DNA of 64,000 bases from assembly GCF_018977255.1 (NCBI RefSeq), contig NW_024704754.1, positions 19,096,001-19,160,000 on the forward strand. Reading direction: 5' to 3'. Source of the stretch: Callorhinchus milii. Its lineage: Eukaryota. Below the pieces are notes generated by a model. That model saw only the letters and a program-made list of their open reading frames with translations, was not told the origin of the DNA and did no database searches. This document shows positions 38,499-51,807 of the stretch, one piece after another; positions within the stretch are counted from its first letter, which is position 1, and every line of letters starts with the position of its first letter. The position numbers and the translations under genes were made by a program.

Positions 38499-38504
38499 AA
38501 TAAA
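38499..38504 (+). terminator. Probable DELE1 polyadenylation signal AATAAA
   Basis: AATAAA about 1.7 kb after the stop codon, followed by GT-rich sequence. Confidence 0.45.
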
Positions 38505-40010
38505 GTCCATGACTTTAGGAGTTTGATTGTGACTCTGTGTTAATTGACCGTCAGCACCATGGTAGTCGACTTTGTTAAACGTTATGTTATTGTTTCACAC
38601 CAAAGCAACAGTCAGTCATGGAGATGTATTTCACTGCACCGCAGTAAGCTTCTGAACAAATCAAAGCAAATTGTTAACAGTTTAATTTGTCAGCTTCTCC
38701 TGAAAAGCATCAGATAAAGTGGAGATTACGAAGGCAGATTAGGGTTGGGGAGAGAGCTTGGGAGATGGTTAGAGAGAGGGTTAGGGTTTGGGAAAGGAGC
38801 TTTTTCAGTATGTGGAGAATCTACACCCTTCCTGACTCTGTCTTTAATGGTGACATGTCAAGTGAGCTATCTTGTCCCAATATTCCATGTTTCTCTGATT
38901 GCAATACTTCATACAGGAGATTGCTCCAAAGGGCAGGAGGCATGGAATAGCAAGAGGGGAGGAAGAGAGGAACTCCTTAATGAAAACGGAAAGGAGCAGA
39001 ATGAGAGGAAGTAAAGGGCAGTGTATGGAGCTGCATCAGGGTGGAAGGAAGTGACTAGTGATGGCTGCTAATTTATGCCTTTGTGTAGAAATGATTTCTA
39101 GTGGTTTCTGAGCTGTGCTCAGCCTATCTGTTCCCAACTTCTGGAACTCCATCCCAGAATCCCTTTGCCTTGCCTCCTTCAAGGCCCGTCTAAAGACTTT
39201 CCTGTTTCACCGTTGCCTTCGGTCATCCTCCCACCCTCACCACGCTTGGCCCCCACCCTTCTTGATCCTAACCCCCAGCCTAGGTGCAAACCCTTGACTG
39301 TCTCAGCACCTCGACACGTTCTCCCAACATGAAAGTCGCTGTGAAAATGCAATTTGTTGTTGTTGAGCTCAGTATTTGGTGTGTGAGTGGAACAGTGCAG
39401 TAAATTTGTGTCTGACAATTTCAGGTCGACAGCTGAAAGTTCCTTAGTGTTGATCCTGAGTATTTTATGTGAAATTTATTTAATAACGGCAACATATACA
39501 CCATGTGGAACATGTAGTAAACAATACAAGTGTACCATAAATTACATACATAAAACAACCCGTTACACACACACACACACCATCACACGCATAAAACACA
39601 TCGTCACCGGTGAGGCACCCACTGAAGGAAACCATTTCAGGGTCTAGACTACTCCCAAACAATCACGAGAGGAGGTCACGTCACCAACAGTTGTGAAGCT
39701 TTGGCAGCGATTGTTGACCTGGGCTGTGGGGGTGACAGCCTTACTCGATGAACACTCCCCATTGATGTTGGTGACACCAGTGATACCCAAGTGGTATAGG
39801 GTGCACACTCTGTCACCTCTGACCCTCAGAAAGTCTGTGGCACCAGGTATCTCGAGGCCAGGAATGGCCAGCCTGGAATCCAGTGGGAACACCACGGGGT
39901 TGGGATTAAGCACCTCTCTGTCCGTCTTTCCTGGGCTTCTTGCTGTCCCGCTCTGTGAGCCTCAGCCTCCCACCGGGGATTCTCAGGGAAGACTGTTCCC
40001 TTGCTTGCTG

Positions 40011-43000
40011 TTAAACCAGCTGATGGGGATCCTCTTCGCTGTCCTCCTCTGTCCCCGATCCATCCCACTCACGGTCAAGCGATGCCTGAGCCTCGGCTTT
40101 CTGTGCCAGGAGGAGCTGGAAGAAGGTGCTCATCTCGTTCAGCAGCGACCCCGTGACCTCCGGCCCAGCACCAGCCTTGCCGAAAGTGGAGAAGGTGGTT
40201 TCCTGATTGTCGCCGGGGGGTTGGGAGGTGCTGGCAGAGCCGGGGGTCTCAGGGCTGAACAGGTTCTCCCGGTAATCGGCGGTGAGCGTGGAAGGCAGCG
40301 ACCAGCATAACTCCTCCAGTCTCAGCTGATCAGCAGCCTCGGCCCCACCTGAAACAGAGCGAGAAAGAGCGACACTGCCGATGAGTACAGGCGCCGCTGT
40401 GACAATATCCTGACCCACACACCCACAAAACACACAGTCAAAACCACTTTACAGTCAAGCACTTTGAGACGTCTCAACCACGTGATAAGGCACTACATCA
40501 AATATAGGTACTATTATCATTATAACAGTGCCTTGGGATGTCCGTGTCAGGTCAGGGTAACTAGGTGATATGGAGCAAATGGGGATAATTGGAGATGAGG
40601 TACATGATCTAATGGTGGAACAGGCTCGAGGGGCTGACTGAACGACCTACTCCTGTTCCTATGTTCCTCCCGGTGTGAAAGGCGTTGTATGGTGGTTGTT
40701 GTTGGGGCAATGATGACCCACCTGTGGGGACCGGCCAGCCATTCCTGGCCAGCAGGTCACTGAACCCTGCCTCCAGCAGCTGCTCCAGTGGGGTGTCATG
40801 GCCTGTCTCACAGTCACTGTCTCCAGCCTCGCTCTCCCCGTGACCACTGTCCTTCAGGCTCGTCCTGTCCACATCCTGAGCCACAGCCCGACTGCACCAG
40901 AGAAAGAATAAAATACACAGTCACTACACTATACAGTGTATTCTGTGAAGAGCTTTGAGACGTCTCAACAAGGTGATACGGCAGGATATCAAATGCAACG
41001 ATAGGCAATTGATGCAGCACCTGAAACATGCAAACATCTGACTCACAAGCCTTACTCACCCGCAGCTCTTTAAATATTTGTTTCCACGGAAATTCGGCGT
41101 CGGCTGGAACTGTCCCTGGTGCAGCAACGACAACAACTGGGAGATTTGCTGTAAACACAAAATGTGAGGACATTTCTGAGTCAGTCCGGGAAGGGAATCT
41201 GCAACTCCATCCCCAGAGCCTTTCTGCCTCCCTCCCAGAGCCCCTCATCAGAGTTTCCAACCCAAGCTGAGATTTCCATGCATCCCACATACACATGGAA
41301 ATTCCAGAGATAGATTGTTAAAAGGGGATGCGCTCTCTCTCTCGCTCCCTGGATTGTACCTGTATAATATCTCACAGAGTTCAGTGTTGCAGTAGAAAGG
41401 CATTCTATGTAGGGATTTACGGTCACTTCCCCCCTCCCTCTCCCCTTGGCTCGGGGTCAAACTCCGCCACCATCAAGCGCTCCGGGACCCTACCCCCCGT
41501 GAAGGGAGCTCCATAAATGCATGTAGTAGTTGTTGTTGTTGATAGAGGCAGATAGGAGCTGCTCACCTGGACATGGGGGGAGCCTGGGTTCAGCTCTAAG
41601 GTGCAGTCTGAGAAGCCGGCCATGGAGAGCCTGACCAGCTCCCTGAGCAGCTGCTGCCGGGGATCCCTCTCTCTCCGCAGGGTGGGGTACAGTCTCTCCG
41701 GCTCTGGCCGCTTCTCTTCCTCAGGCTCCGGAGGCTTCTCCTGGGGGGACGGAGGGCAGGGAGGAGCCGGGGGCTCGGGCCTGGGTTTCCCAGGGTGGAG
41801 TAGGGTGATGTCCGTCTTCTGGATGTGACGGTGAGGTCTCCGGGGATGGTTCTGGTAGCTGGACTCCGCCTGCCGGCAGTTGTATGCTCGGCTGTCCCGC
41901 TTCTCGGCTTTACATCTGCCCCTGAGGAAGACCACGAGTAGCAGGAGAAGCAGACACAAGCCGGATAGGAACAGGACACTGAGCAAAGACACACTGAGCT
42001 TCTGGCTGGCCAGCGCTGGTCCCATGGACCTTCCATCTTGCCGGACAAAGGTGACGGTGAGGGCAGCACTGGTGCAGAGAAAAGGCTTCCCTCCGTCCTG
42101 CACTGAGATGAGAATTGTCCATTCCTTGGCCAGGAGTTGGCTGCAGTTGGTAGCTCTGACCTGGATGAGCCCCAGGCTCTCATTCACCGTAAACACCCCC
42201 TCCTCGTTGCCCCCGGTGATGGAATAATTGAGCTGGGCATTTGTACCAGAGTCAGCGTCCTCTGCTGTCACCGTGGTGACCAGGTAAAGCTGCTCCTCGG
42301 GGCTGGTGAGCGCTGGTCTGGAGGATGCGCCGCTGAACTCCTCGGGCTCCTTGGTGATGATGGAGGAGCCAGACTCTCTCTCTGCAGCTACCTTGACTGA
42401 CGGTGAGCCAGACTGTCTGGGAAACGGTGCCCGGTGATTGGAGCCCCTTGTGACGGGTTCTGGTGATGGAGACACCATGGTGATGGGCACAGTGATGTGA
42501 GCTGTGCCGTGTCTCAGGGGCGGGTGGGTGATCACTGGAGCATTGTCATTCACGTCGATGATGTCGAGCCTGGCGTGGATCTCGCTCAGCAATGAGGGCT
42601 CCCCTCCATCCTTCGCCTGGACCACAAACTCCACCTGCCTGAACTGCTCATAGTCATACCGTATGAGGGTGCGAACGGCACCTGTGTTGGGGTCAATGGT
42701 GAGGAGAGAAGGTACTGGAATTCCCAGCACACGAGCTTCCCGGATAGAGTAAGTAACTTGGCCATTGTTGCCCAGGTCCAGGTCACGGGCTGTCACAGTG
42801 AGAACGGGCTCCGTGGGGAGACTGTTCTCCAACACCGAGGCCTGGTAACTGTCCTGGAGAAAGCTCGGGGGGTTATCATTCTCGTCTGTAACCTTGACTG
42901 TGAAGTGCCTCATGGAGGTGAGGGACGGAGACCCATTGTCCTCAGCCACCAGCGTCAGGTTGTACTCGGCCTGGCTCTCCCGGTCCAGGGTGGCATTAGT

Positions 43001-44888
43001 CACGACCATGTAATTGGTGTCATCGGTCTTGATGAGCCTGAAATGGCCATTGGCCTGGAGTGAGCACTTCAAGCTGCCTGGCTCCCCCGAGTCAGGGTCC
43101 GTCACTCTCACCAGGGCAATGAACGTGTTCCTCTCCACCATCTCAGACACCACAGCCGTGTTGTCCATCGGCGACACTGAGCTGACGTGGATCTCCGGAG
43201 CATTGTCATTGACGTCCAGAACTTCAAGAACAAATCAAGAACAAAGCGTTTGGTTAACGTTGAGCCTTTCGTGTTCATTGTCGCAATGTTTCTAGTATTT
43301 ATTTTACAGATTATATTGAGGTTAATTCTCAAATCATAATTGGCTGAAAATCCTCTGTTAATGCCTGAACTTATTCGACAACGTTTTCAGTATTCCCTCC
43401 TCAGTAAACTCCGATTCTCTCAGTCCAGCCGCCCACCAGTGTCTCACTCTGGTGACCTCATGGAGAGAGTGTAGGGATAGAGAGAGTGTAGGGATAGAGA
43501 GAGTGTAGGGATAGAGAGAGTGTAGGGATAGAGAGAGTGTAGGGATAGAGAGAGTGTTGGGATAGAGAGAGTGTTGGGATAGAGAGAGTGTTGGGATAGA
43601 GAGAGTGTAGAGATAGAGTGTTGGGATAGAGAGAGTGTTGGGATAGAGAGAGTGTTGGGATAGAGAGAGTGTAGAGATAGAGTGTTGGGATAGAGAGAGT
43701 GTTGGGATAGAGAGAGTGTAGGGATAGACGGTAACAGCACAGAGTGGGGTTGAGATCAGTAACAGCACAACGAGGGATATATCAAATGCGTCCATTATTA
43801 TTATTACTATTAATTATTATTATTATTTAAAAGCAGAGAGTGAGAGGTCGGTCACCTGTGACCTGAATGCTGCAGTGAACAGGGATGGAGTTTGGTCCCA
43901 GATCTCTGGCCTGAACCTGCAGTTGATGGACTCCGGTCTTCTCCCGGTCCAGGGCTCGGGTCAGGGACAAGCGGCCGCTCTGGGGGTCGATGGCAAAGAT
44001 GTCCGCGGTGCCGGGGTCCCGGGGTCCGGTCAGGGAGTAGCGCACCTCCCCGTTGTTGCCCTGGTCGGGGTCGGTGGCCGTGAGGTGCAGGAGGGTGGTC
44101 CCGGGCGCCGTGTCCTCTCTGATCTGCAGCTCCTCGGGGGTCCCCGCGAACCGGGGCTGATTGTCGTTGGAATCCAACACGTTGATGCGGACAGAGACGG
44201 TACCGGAGCGCCGGGGCTGCCCGTTATCCACCGCCACGAGCGTCAGTTCATGTACCGAGCGCTGCTCCCGGTCCAGCGCCGCCTTCACCAGCAAATGCGG
44301 GCGCCTCCCACCGTCCGGCCCGCGGGCCGCCTCGAGGGCGAAGTTCTGGCTCGGCGACAGGAGGTAGTGACTGAGGCCGTTCTCCCCCACGTCCGCATCC
44401 AGAGCCCCGGCCAGAGGCAGGCGGGTGCGCACTGAGGCGCTCTCATTGATCTCCATCTCCAGTCTGGAGTTGGGGAAGCGAGGCTCGTGGTCATTGATGT
44501 CCATCAGCTCCATCTCCACCTGCACCACAGCCCTGGGCTCCCCCCGGTGACTGCTCAGCAGGACCCCCATCCCCAGGCTGCAGGGCCCCCGGGAGCCACA
44601 CAGCGCCTCTCTGTCCAACCGCCCTGAGCTCTCCAGCGCCCCGTCTCCAGGTGACACCCGCACCGGCCACTCCGGTCCCGGCAGCAACAGCTCATAGCGT
44701 CCGGGACCCAACTCCAACTCCGGCTCCAGACTGAGATCATCAGCTAACCTCCCGATCAACGTGCCCTCGGGTACCTCCTCATACACCCGGTACCGGGCTC
44801 TCACCGTGGGCGGGTCCCTGCCGCTCCCACCCCAGCAAACTGGCCACCAAACCAGGGTCAGACACAGCCAGAAGCCCTGTATCTCCAT
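40011..44888 (-). CDS. PCDH12: Protocadherin-12 (VE-cadherin-2), ~1094 aa
   Basis: Exons complement(44888-43856, 43221-41567, 41148-41060, 40891-40722, 40348-40011). Signal peptide, six cadherin repeats (LDRE, DxNDN), [11 protein letters not shown], and the PCDH12-typical [17 protein letters not shown]|[30 protein letters not shown] and FSTFGK (WIRS). Confidence 0.93.
43462..43728. repeat. 17-bp minisatellite (GGGATAGAGAGAGTGT[T/A]), ~15 copies, in PCDH12 intron 1
   Basis: Directly visible tandem units; they produce the spurious repetitive ORFs at 43358-43795. Confidence 0.9.
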
Positions 44889-44892
44889 CCTC

Positions 44893-45015
44893 CCTCACCC
44901 CCCTGCCCCCTTGCCCCCCTGCCCCCTGCCCTCCTGCCCCCTGGCCCCCTCACCCCTGCCCCTGCCCCCCTGCCCCACTGCCCCACTGCCCCCTCACACC
45001 CTGCCCCCCTGCCCT
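44893..45015. repeat. (CCCCTG)n-like low-complexity tract immediately 5' of the PCDH12 ATG
   Basis: Imperfect CCCCTG/CCCCCTG repeats; G-rich on the sense (minus) strand. Confidence 0.8.
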
Positions 45016-48000
45016 AGGCAGCTCCCGACATCCCTGATCCTTCACTAACCTGTGCTCAGCCCTGTGCCCCGGGGTGGGGATGGGTTGGTTATCTTTCTCA
45101 CTAACTACTGACACTAACTGTAACAGTCAAACTATTTCACACCANNNNNNNNNNNNNNNNNNNNNNNNNNNNNNNNNNNNNNNNNNNNNNNNNNNNNNNN
45201 NNNNNNNNNNNNNNNNNNNNNNNNNNNNNNNNNNNNNNNNNNNNNNNNNNNNNNNNNNNNNNNNNNNNNNNNNNNNNNNNNNNNNNNNNNNNNNNNNNNN
45301 NNNNNNNNNNNNNNNNNNNNNNNNNNNNNNNNNNNNNNNNNNNNNNNNNNNNNNNNNNNNNNNNNNNNNNNNNNNNNNNNNNNNNNNNNNNNNNNNNNNN
45401 NNTGAAGTTAACTGAAACCCTTAGTCTTCACATCCTCCGGTGTTGACGTACGGGAACATATAACTGTTCTCAAGCCAATGAGCATCAAGTGCAGAGAGAG
45501 GGCGAGAGGGGCTGGGGATGGGCTGGGAGGAGTCTGCAGCTTCCCTGTCCCGTCCCAGGACTGTGTGTGTGTGTGTGTCTCTCTGTGAAAAGGCTCCAAA
45601 TCCAACCCCCCCCCCCCCCACCCCCAGACACCTTCCCCCTTCCCTCCTGTCAGGAGCTGTGACAAACCAGGCCAGGACGGACCCCTTCCTTTAGTCTCAC
45701 AGGGCGAGAGAGCCAGGCCACCTGTGCTCAGTCCAGGCTGGCAGGGGAGCCACTGCATTGACACTTTAAATCCAGGTGCCATCTGTCTGTTGAGGTGGAT
45801 TTCAATTTGTTTGTTTTTTTCCCCAGGCGGTTGTCTGGCACATGCGGAAAACTGATCACCGTGCTTTACAGAGTCCCCAAACCAAACCGAGAATTCCATA
45901 CATCCCATCTACACATGGAAATTCCAGAGATAGTGTTGGAATGGAATGTGCTCCCTCTCTCTCTCTCCCTGGAGGGATGCATCCCGCTTACCTAATCCCA
46001 GAAAGTATTAAGCGCAGGTTGCACGAGCCAAGGCTTGCAGGAGCCCAGTGTGCGAGGCTGGAGTCTAACCAGAGTGTGTAACTGCTGGAGTCTAACCAGC
46101 TAAAACCGCAGAGGATTTCAATAGTCCCACAACACTTACTAGTAAAGAGAAGGGACTACTGTGAGAGGGGGGGGGGGGGGGGGTTGAGGAGGGGTGGGGG
46201 GAGGGAGGGTAGCACACTCCCAGTGACCAGCACACTGTGTCTATTGAACTCATCCCTGTATGTGTTCCAGCTCAGGAAGGGTAGTCCTATGTGGGATGGG
46301 ATGGGTAGAGATTTCCCACATTTTACCAGCATGCGGGGGTGGGGCGGTGCTATTCCTCCATTCTCTTCCCATTTCCTTCCTGACATAAGGGGCAGAATCT
46401 CTGTGCAGGTAAGTTCTGCACAGGCCAAAAGCTCTGGAACTGGCAGATATTCACAATGATAATTTGAGTCACTAAAATGTCACATTTCACAGAAAGTTTA
46501 CGTCAAACCTTTCTCTGCGTAACATCTGGGTTAGACCTAGTGAGACCGATGGTGACTTATAATAATAGTAATATTCCTTGCATTTGATACAGCGCCTTAT
46601 CACATCTTCAAGATGTCTCAAAGTGCTTCACAGGATATACTGTGAAGTGTAGTGGCTGTGTATTTTGTGGGTGACTCGTGTGTGATCACTACTGGACAAA
46701 GTCTTTTATAGACAAAGTTCTGAGCCAGTTGTAAGGTTCTCTTGTCACCCTCAACTCAACACCATGTTGTAGCTTATAGCTCATTACAAGCTACTGTTTC
46801 TCTTGCTAATTGCTGCTAACCCGCAGGAAATACTTCCATCAGGTCCATCAGGTACCCCAGCTGCACTATTGTCAAAGAGCTTACAATAAGTCATTGTGAA
46901 AGAAATAGGATGTTGCAAATGGTAGCGAGCGCTTATTGATGACAACAAACCCAGGAAGTCAAGCCGTTCTCATGTAAAAGTGTCATTGGAGAAAATTAAC
47001 TCTTTCAGGATAGGCTCTCGTCTGCTACCCAAAAATCCTAAAGATCATCTGAGTGAGCTCAGCATCTCAGAGTCCACCTAAGGGAATTACCTGACAATGG
47101 AGAGGTAACAAGTAAGAGGAGATCTTATTGAAGTCCAGATCCTAAAGGCTACAGGCATGCGAGACTCGCTAACCCTTATTCAATATGGTCAACCATTGAG
47201 TCAAGGTCTCAGTAACTGCTGTACACAGTGAGAGGTTAACATGTGGATCAGTTTCCCAGGGACATGGTGGAGGCAGAGGGTGAAGCAGCTGCCAAAGCAA
47301 ATTCAGATTTCACATTGAAACAAAGCGTACATTCCATGCCGCTAAGTTCCTTATAATAATAATCACCTTTGCATTTGATATAGCGTCTCAGCAAGTCATT
47401 GAAACATCTCAAAGTGCTTTACAGAATATACTGTGTATTTTGTGGCCGAAATGCAGAAGCCAATTGTGCACTTAGTGTATCACAATCAGTCGTGTATTGA
47501 ATGACTACATGATTTTTTTTGTGAAGCAATAGTCAACAAGATTGGGTTCAACTTCATTAACCACCAGGGATGGACATACGTCATTCAAAAGCATCAAATA
47601 AGACATTTTTTTGAATGAAACCAGTTAACAGTCAAAGTCCCAGGGAACTCATAGCTACAGGATGGATGTCTGGAGCTTTGTATGTCCTCAGCGGCCACTG
47701 TGGAAGCAACAGATCTGATCTCTGGGGAGGAAAGGCGGACACGAGACCTGGCTCACATTCAGAAGGCAAACCCTGGGCAAGGAAGTTGGTTTGAGTGTGA
47801 ACCATGTGGACAAGGCACAGAAAATACCACCCCAGAAAATGCTCCACTTACACTACACAGCGACTGGACATAACAACGCCACACATAATATTACAGGGCA
47901 CAGCAGAACAGTATGGGTTAGAAACAGGGAGCCCAGGAAATTACGGTAAATGGGACAGGTGTTTGGTATGGCGTGAATTCCTGCGCTGGAATTAATCCTG

Positions 48001-51000
48001 ACATTACTAGTTACTAGCTACATTACTAGAAATCTAGTCATGTAAAGTGACTAGAAATTCCATTGTCAGAGATCCGGGGGATATTAGGAGCCACATCTAT
48101 CTGCGACGGAAGTTTGGAGCTGAAATATTAGAGGGGATTTGATGCAGATTTTATTTTTAGCATTTTAAAAAACAGGATGTTGCTTTTTTTTCATCAGCTT
48201 TTGCAGCCCAAACTCTTGCTGTCAGCATAATCGCAGGTCGTTTACAGGTCTGTGACCTGCAAGGCCCCACGTTTGTGAGAGAGTGTTAGTGTGCGGGACA
48301 CATACACCAAGGTTTGGGTCAGCTACTCAGTAGTAGGTACTAACACAACCTGGCCAGCAGTCCTACAGAATCATACTCACTCATTTTCCTCTTTGTGGGA
48401 GCTTATTGTGTAATAATTGGCTGCCGTGTTTGTGCAGTAATACAGTCACTATAAATGATGGCGATTCGCTGGGAAGCCCTTTGAGATGTTTCAACCTTTT
48501 TGGACCCATATCAAAAGCCAAGGTTTGTTTTACAATGATGTTACTGAACCCAAAGTCATTCCAACTCATAAGCGTTTCTGAACCAATGTTATTGCATTCT
48601 GAAAGAGACTGAAGTGAAGTGATAATGAACCAAATATACAACATAAAGTCTTACCATCTGCTCTGGCCGGCTAGAGCTGTGGAGCTCAGACTGATAATCC
48701 TACTGTGATGTCTGGATGGAATAGCTGGCTGTTCTCACCCAATCTTCTCACACCGGCTTCTCGCTGCAAATTAAGTGTCACTACTTCTCATCTCTAAAGA
48801 GATCAGTAGTTGAGGATTTACTCCTTAAAACCTTCCCAAATCTATTAAGTAATTAACGAAGGAGGTCTCTTTTTTCCTTCCACATCAAGTACCTGTCAGG
48901 TTCCCACAGCTTAGCCTTCAGTTCCTCTCTCACAGCTGGTGTTGTGTATTTAACAGAGGTCCATAGCTGGCTCTGCCCACTCTCCCGGGCCCCATGGAAC
49001 TGTGGAGAGGAGCCATTGCCGACCCAGGGAGGGCCTCATAATAAAAGTTGGCAGGAAAGGTTTGGATGAAGATGACCCATTGGCCCATTTGATCTCCTTT
49101 CAGAACATCCATCCAAACTTCAGACAATTCTCTCCTCACCCACCCCAAAGTGTGACATCCCATCATCACCCCCCCCCCCCACCACCACCCACACACAAAC
49201 TCACACACATACACACTCAAACACACACACACCACTCAAACACATACACACACATTGAATGACCTAGCTGAATAAATGATTTTTCTGAATGTGCAGGAAG
49301 CTTTGTGTTCCAGACTTACTGCACAAACTTGCTTCATATTTCTCCAACAAACACCTGAAACATCCATAAGTGCGGAAACCTCAATCCCAGCTGCCTGGAC
49401 CGGACTCAAGCCCAGAGCGCACACACAAAGCCACATTGTTTCAGCACAATCTGATTCCCAAGTCATATAAAATCAGTTTCCTCACGTCAAGACTTTAAGA
49501 CAGTGTGAATGAACCTTTTCATAGACTGGCAACAGTTAATCAGTGTTAAAAATAGTGTTATTTATGTTCCTGGTTTATAATGATAGGCACACTCAGCTCT
49601 GAGAATCAGTGGCAGACTGTGGGCAGAGACTCTGGGGCACTATTGGCCCATCACTGGACACACTCTCTCGCCTCAAACATGAACCTGTCTGCAATATCAA
49701 CATAAACTTAGACAGCACCATTGGTGTTGGAGGAACTTCTCAAAGCACTTCACAACAATGATGGGAACCTTTGCCTCGTTCTCTCTCTTGCCTCCCTCAA
49801 GGCCCGGCACAAGACCCTCCTCCGACCCCCACCCTCCCTGCCCTCCACCCTCTCTTGATCCCAACCCCCAGCTCGGGTCCAGTCCTCCCGACATGAAAGG
49901 CACTGTAACAAATGTCATTTTGTTGGTGGTGGTGGTGATGGTTTATCCTTTTCTAAAAGGAATTGGCTTCCAAATGAAGACAGAGTTTAAGAATTTTTCA
50001 CAATTCTGCTCGATCTTAAACTCTGAGGCAAAATGGTTGTTCAGGCTGAGACCGTGAGGAATCTCTGCCCCCGAGTCCCTCGTCTCTAGTGGGAGCTTTG
50101 GCTCAGGTGCTGACACAGGCACAGGATGTCAGGCCGGGCTCCATCGCACAGTGCCATTATGTTGGCAAATGTTAAAACAACAGTGATTTCCTGTGTCAAG
50201 GTCAGAGCCCACCTTCCTGCTCCCAGTGAAGGCGTGGCCCAGGCAGCAGTTATCTGGAATCACATATGTTCTGCTTTAAAAGCAGCGCACTTCCTTTCCT
50301 CCTTTGCAGGTCACAGACCAGTCAGATCTAAAGCCAGTCTGTACCATCGAGCCTGGGTTTCCTCTACAGTCTCAGCTCACGACTGCAATGGGTTGGGTGT
50401 CTGTGAGAACAGGGAACACTTTGCCACAAGCACACACTAAACCTCAGATGCTAACAATAATTAAAAGGCAATTGGATAAGTTGTGAAGGTGATTATCTAA
50501 ATTTAGAAATCCCTTAAGTATTGTCTTGGAGTTTCTGGGGACCCACCCCCCACTGTGCTCAAGGCTAATGTGTGTGAAGTGAGATCACACATTCACGTCT
50601 GTCTCGTGGATACTCTGAGTCTTTGTTTCATCAAAAAATCGCCTTGTCTCTGCCGGCCTGCATTCACACTGGTTCATCCCAATTAATCATCTATTTTTAG
50701 ACCTGTGCCACATCCTACAACAACAATTTGCATATAGATAGCACCCCTCATGCAGGGTAGCACACACACACACACAAAGCCCCAGCTTTCGGTCCCTCCT
50801 CCTCACACTCTGCTGTTTGCTGTCCTGTTGGCCTGTGTCTCACCCACATCCTCTCACAGGAAGCTCTGTATCCCAGCACGCCTTGTGCAACAAGGTCCAA
50901 TTCCTGTCAGCTTTGGGCTCTGTAAAAGCTAAAAGCTTCAGCTGTAAAATCAGATGAAGGCTGAGATTACAATGTGCACATTGTATGACAATGTCTTTGT

Positions 51001-51807
51001 TAGTTCTCTGCTGCAGTAAACTGGGGTCTAATTAGCAACTTTAACTGTTTCTGCTATGTTGGACTAGTTCCCCGGCATGGGTTAGCCTCTTTGGACAAGG
51101 GGCAAACATGGGAGGAAATGGCTGGGGTTTCCTGATGATTTCCAGTGAGTTTCTCAATCAGAAGCTGAGCTGTAAAGATTGTGAAGATCCTTGGTTCAGT
51201 CCCTGACTTGTTCTGAAATATTTGTGGTCAATGCGATCACTTACAAGTGTCCCAGAATAGGACCAGCCATGGTTCCCCATTTCTGATCATTGTACAGCAA
51301 TCCCTTCCACCCACCCCCCCATTGAAGGGCGTGTACGGGCCTTCATGGGGATAGGATTGGGGCTGGTCAATCAATGTTCTTGGTGATGTTTTTTACACTT
51401 AAACATCCAGCTGACGTGGCTCAGTCATATGGCCCAGACATTTGGATGCTGCATCCTCGGCACAGCAGCTTTACCGAGTTGGCTTTGGGATTTTGTGTTG
51501 CTAGCGCCACCGAGCGGTGAAGGCGCAGTATCGCTGCGGTCAGACCTTGCACCATCGGCTGAGCAGGAAAGGGATGGATCACAGGAGAGGTTTGGATGGA
51601 TTCCCTTTCCAGTCTTATTCACTACCCCGTGTTTTACCTTTTTTTGGAGGGTGGTGGGGGGGGAGGGAGATTCGCCTAAAAAGAAAATAACAGAAAAGTC
51701 TTTACATTATTTTATTATATCACAAGAAATTACCTGCTCACATTAAACAAGTCAGGGAAGATGAGCGTGGGAACCTCTCGGTGCCTGTGCTCCACTTAAG
51801 CCAGGAG

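Noticed and set aside
39693-40310. 205-aa plus-strand ORF (similarly 52288-52905 and 43875-44435)
   Set aside because: Antisense shadows of GC-rich PCDH12 and CBY3 coding exons with no recognisable domain.
48380-48900. Minus-strand donor-like sites (CAGATG|GTAAGA near 48655) as a possible upstream PCDH12 exon
   Set aside because: No matching acceptor is visible before the ATG (a gap at 45145-45402 hides part of the region), so support is insufficient.
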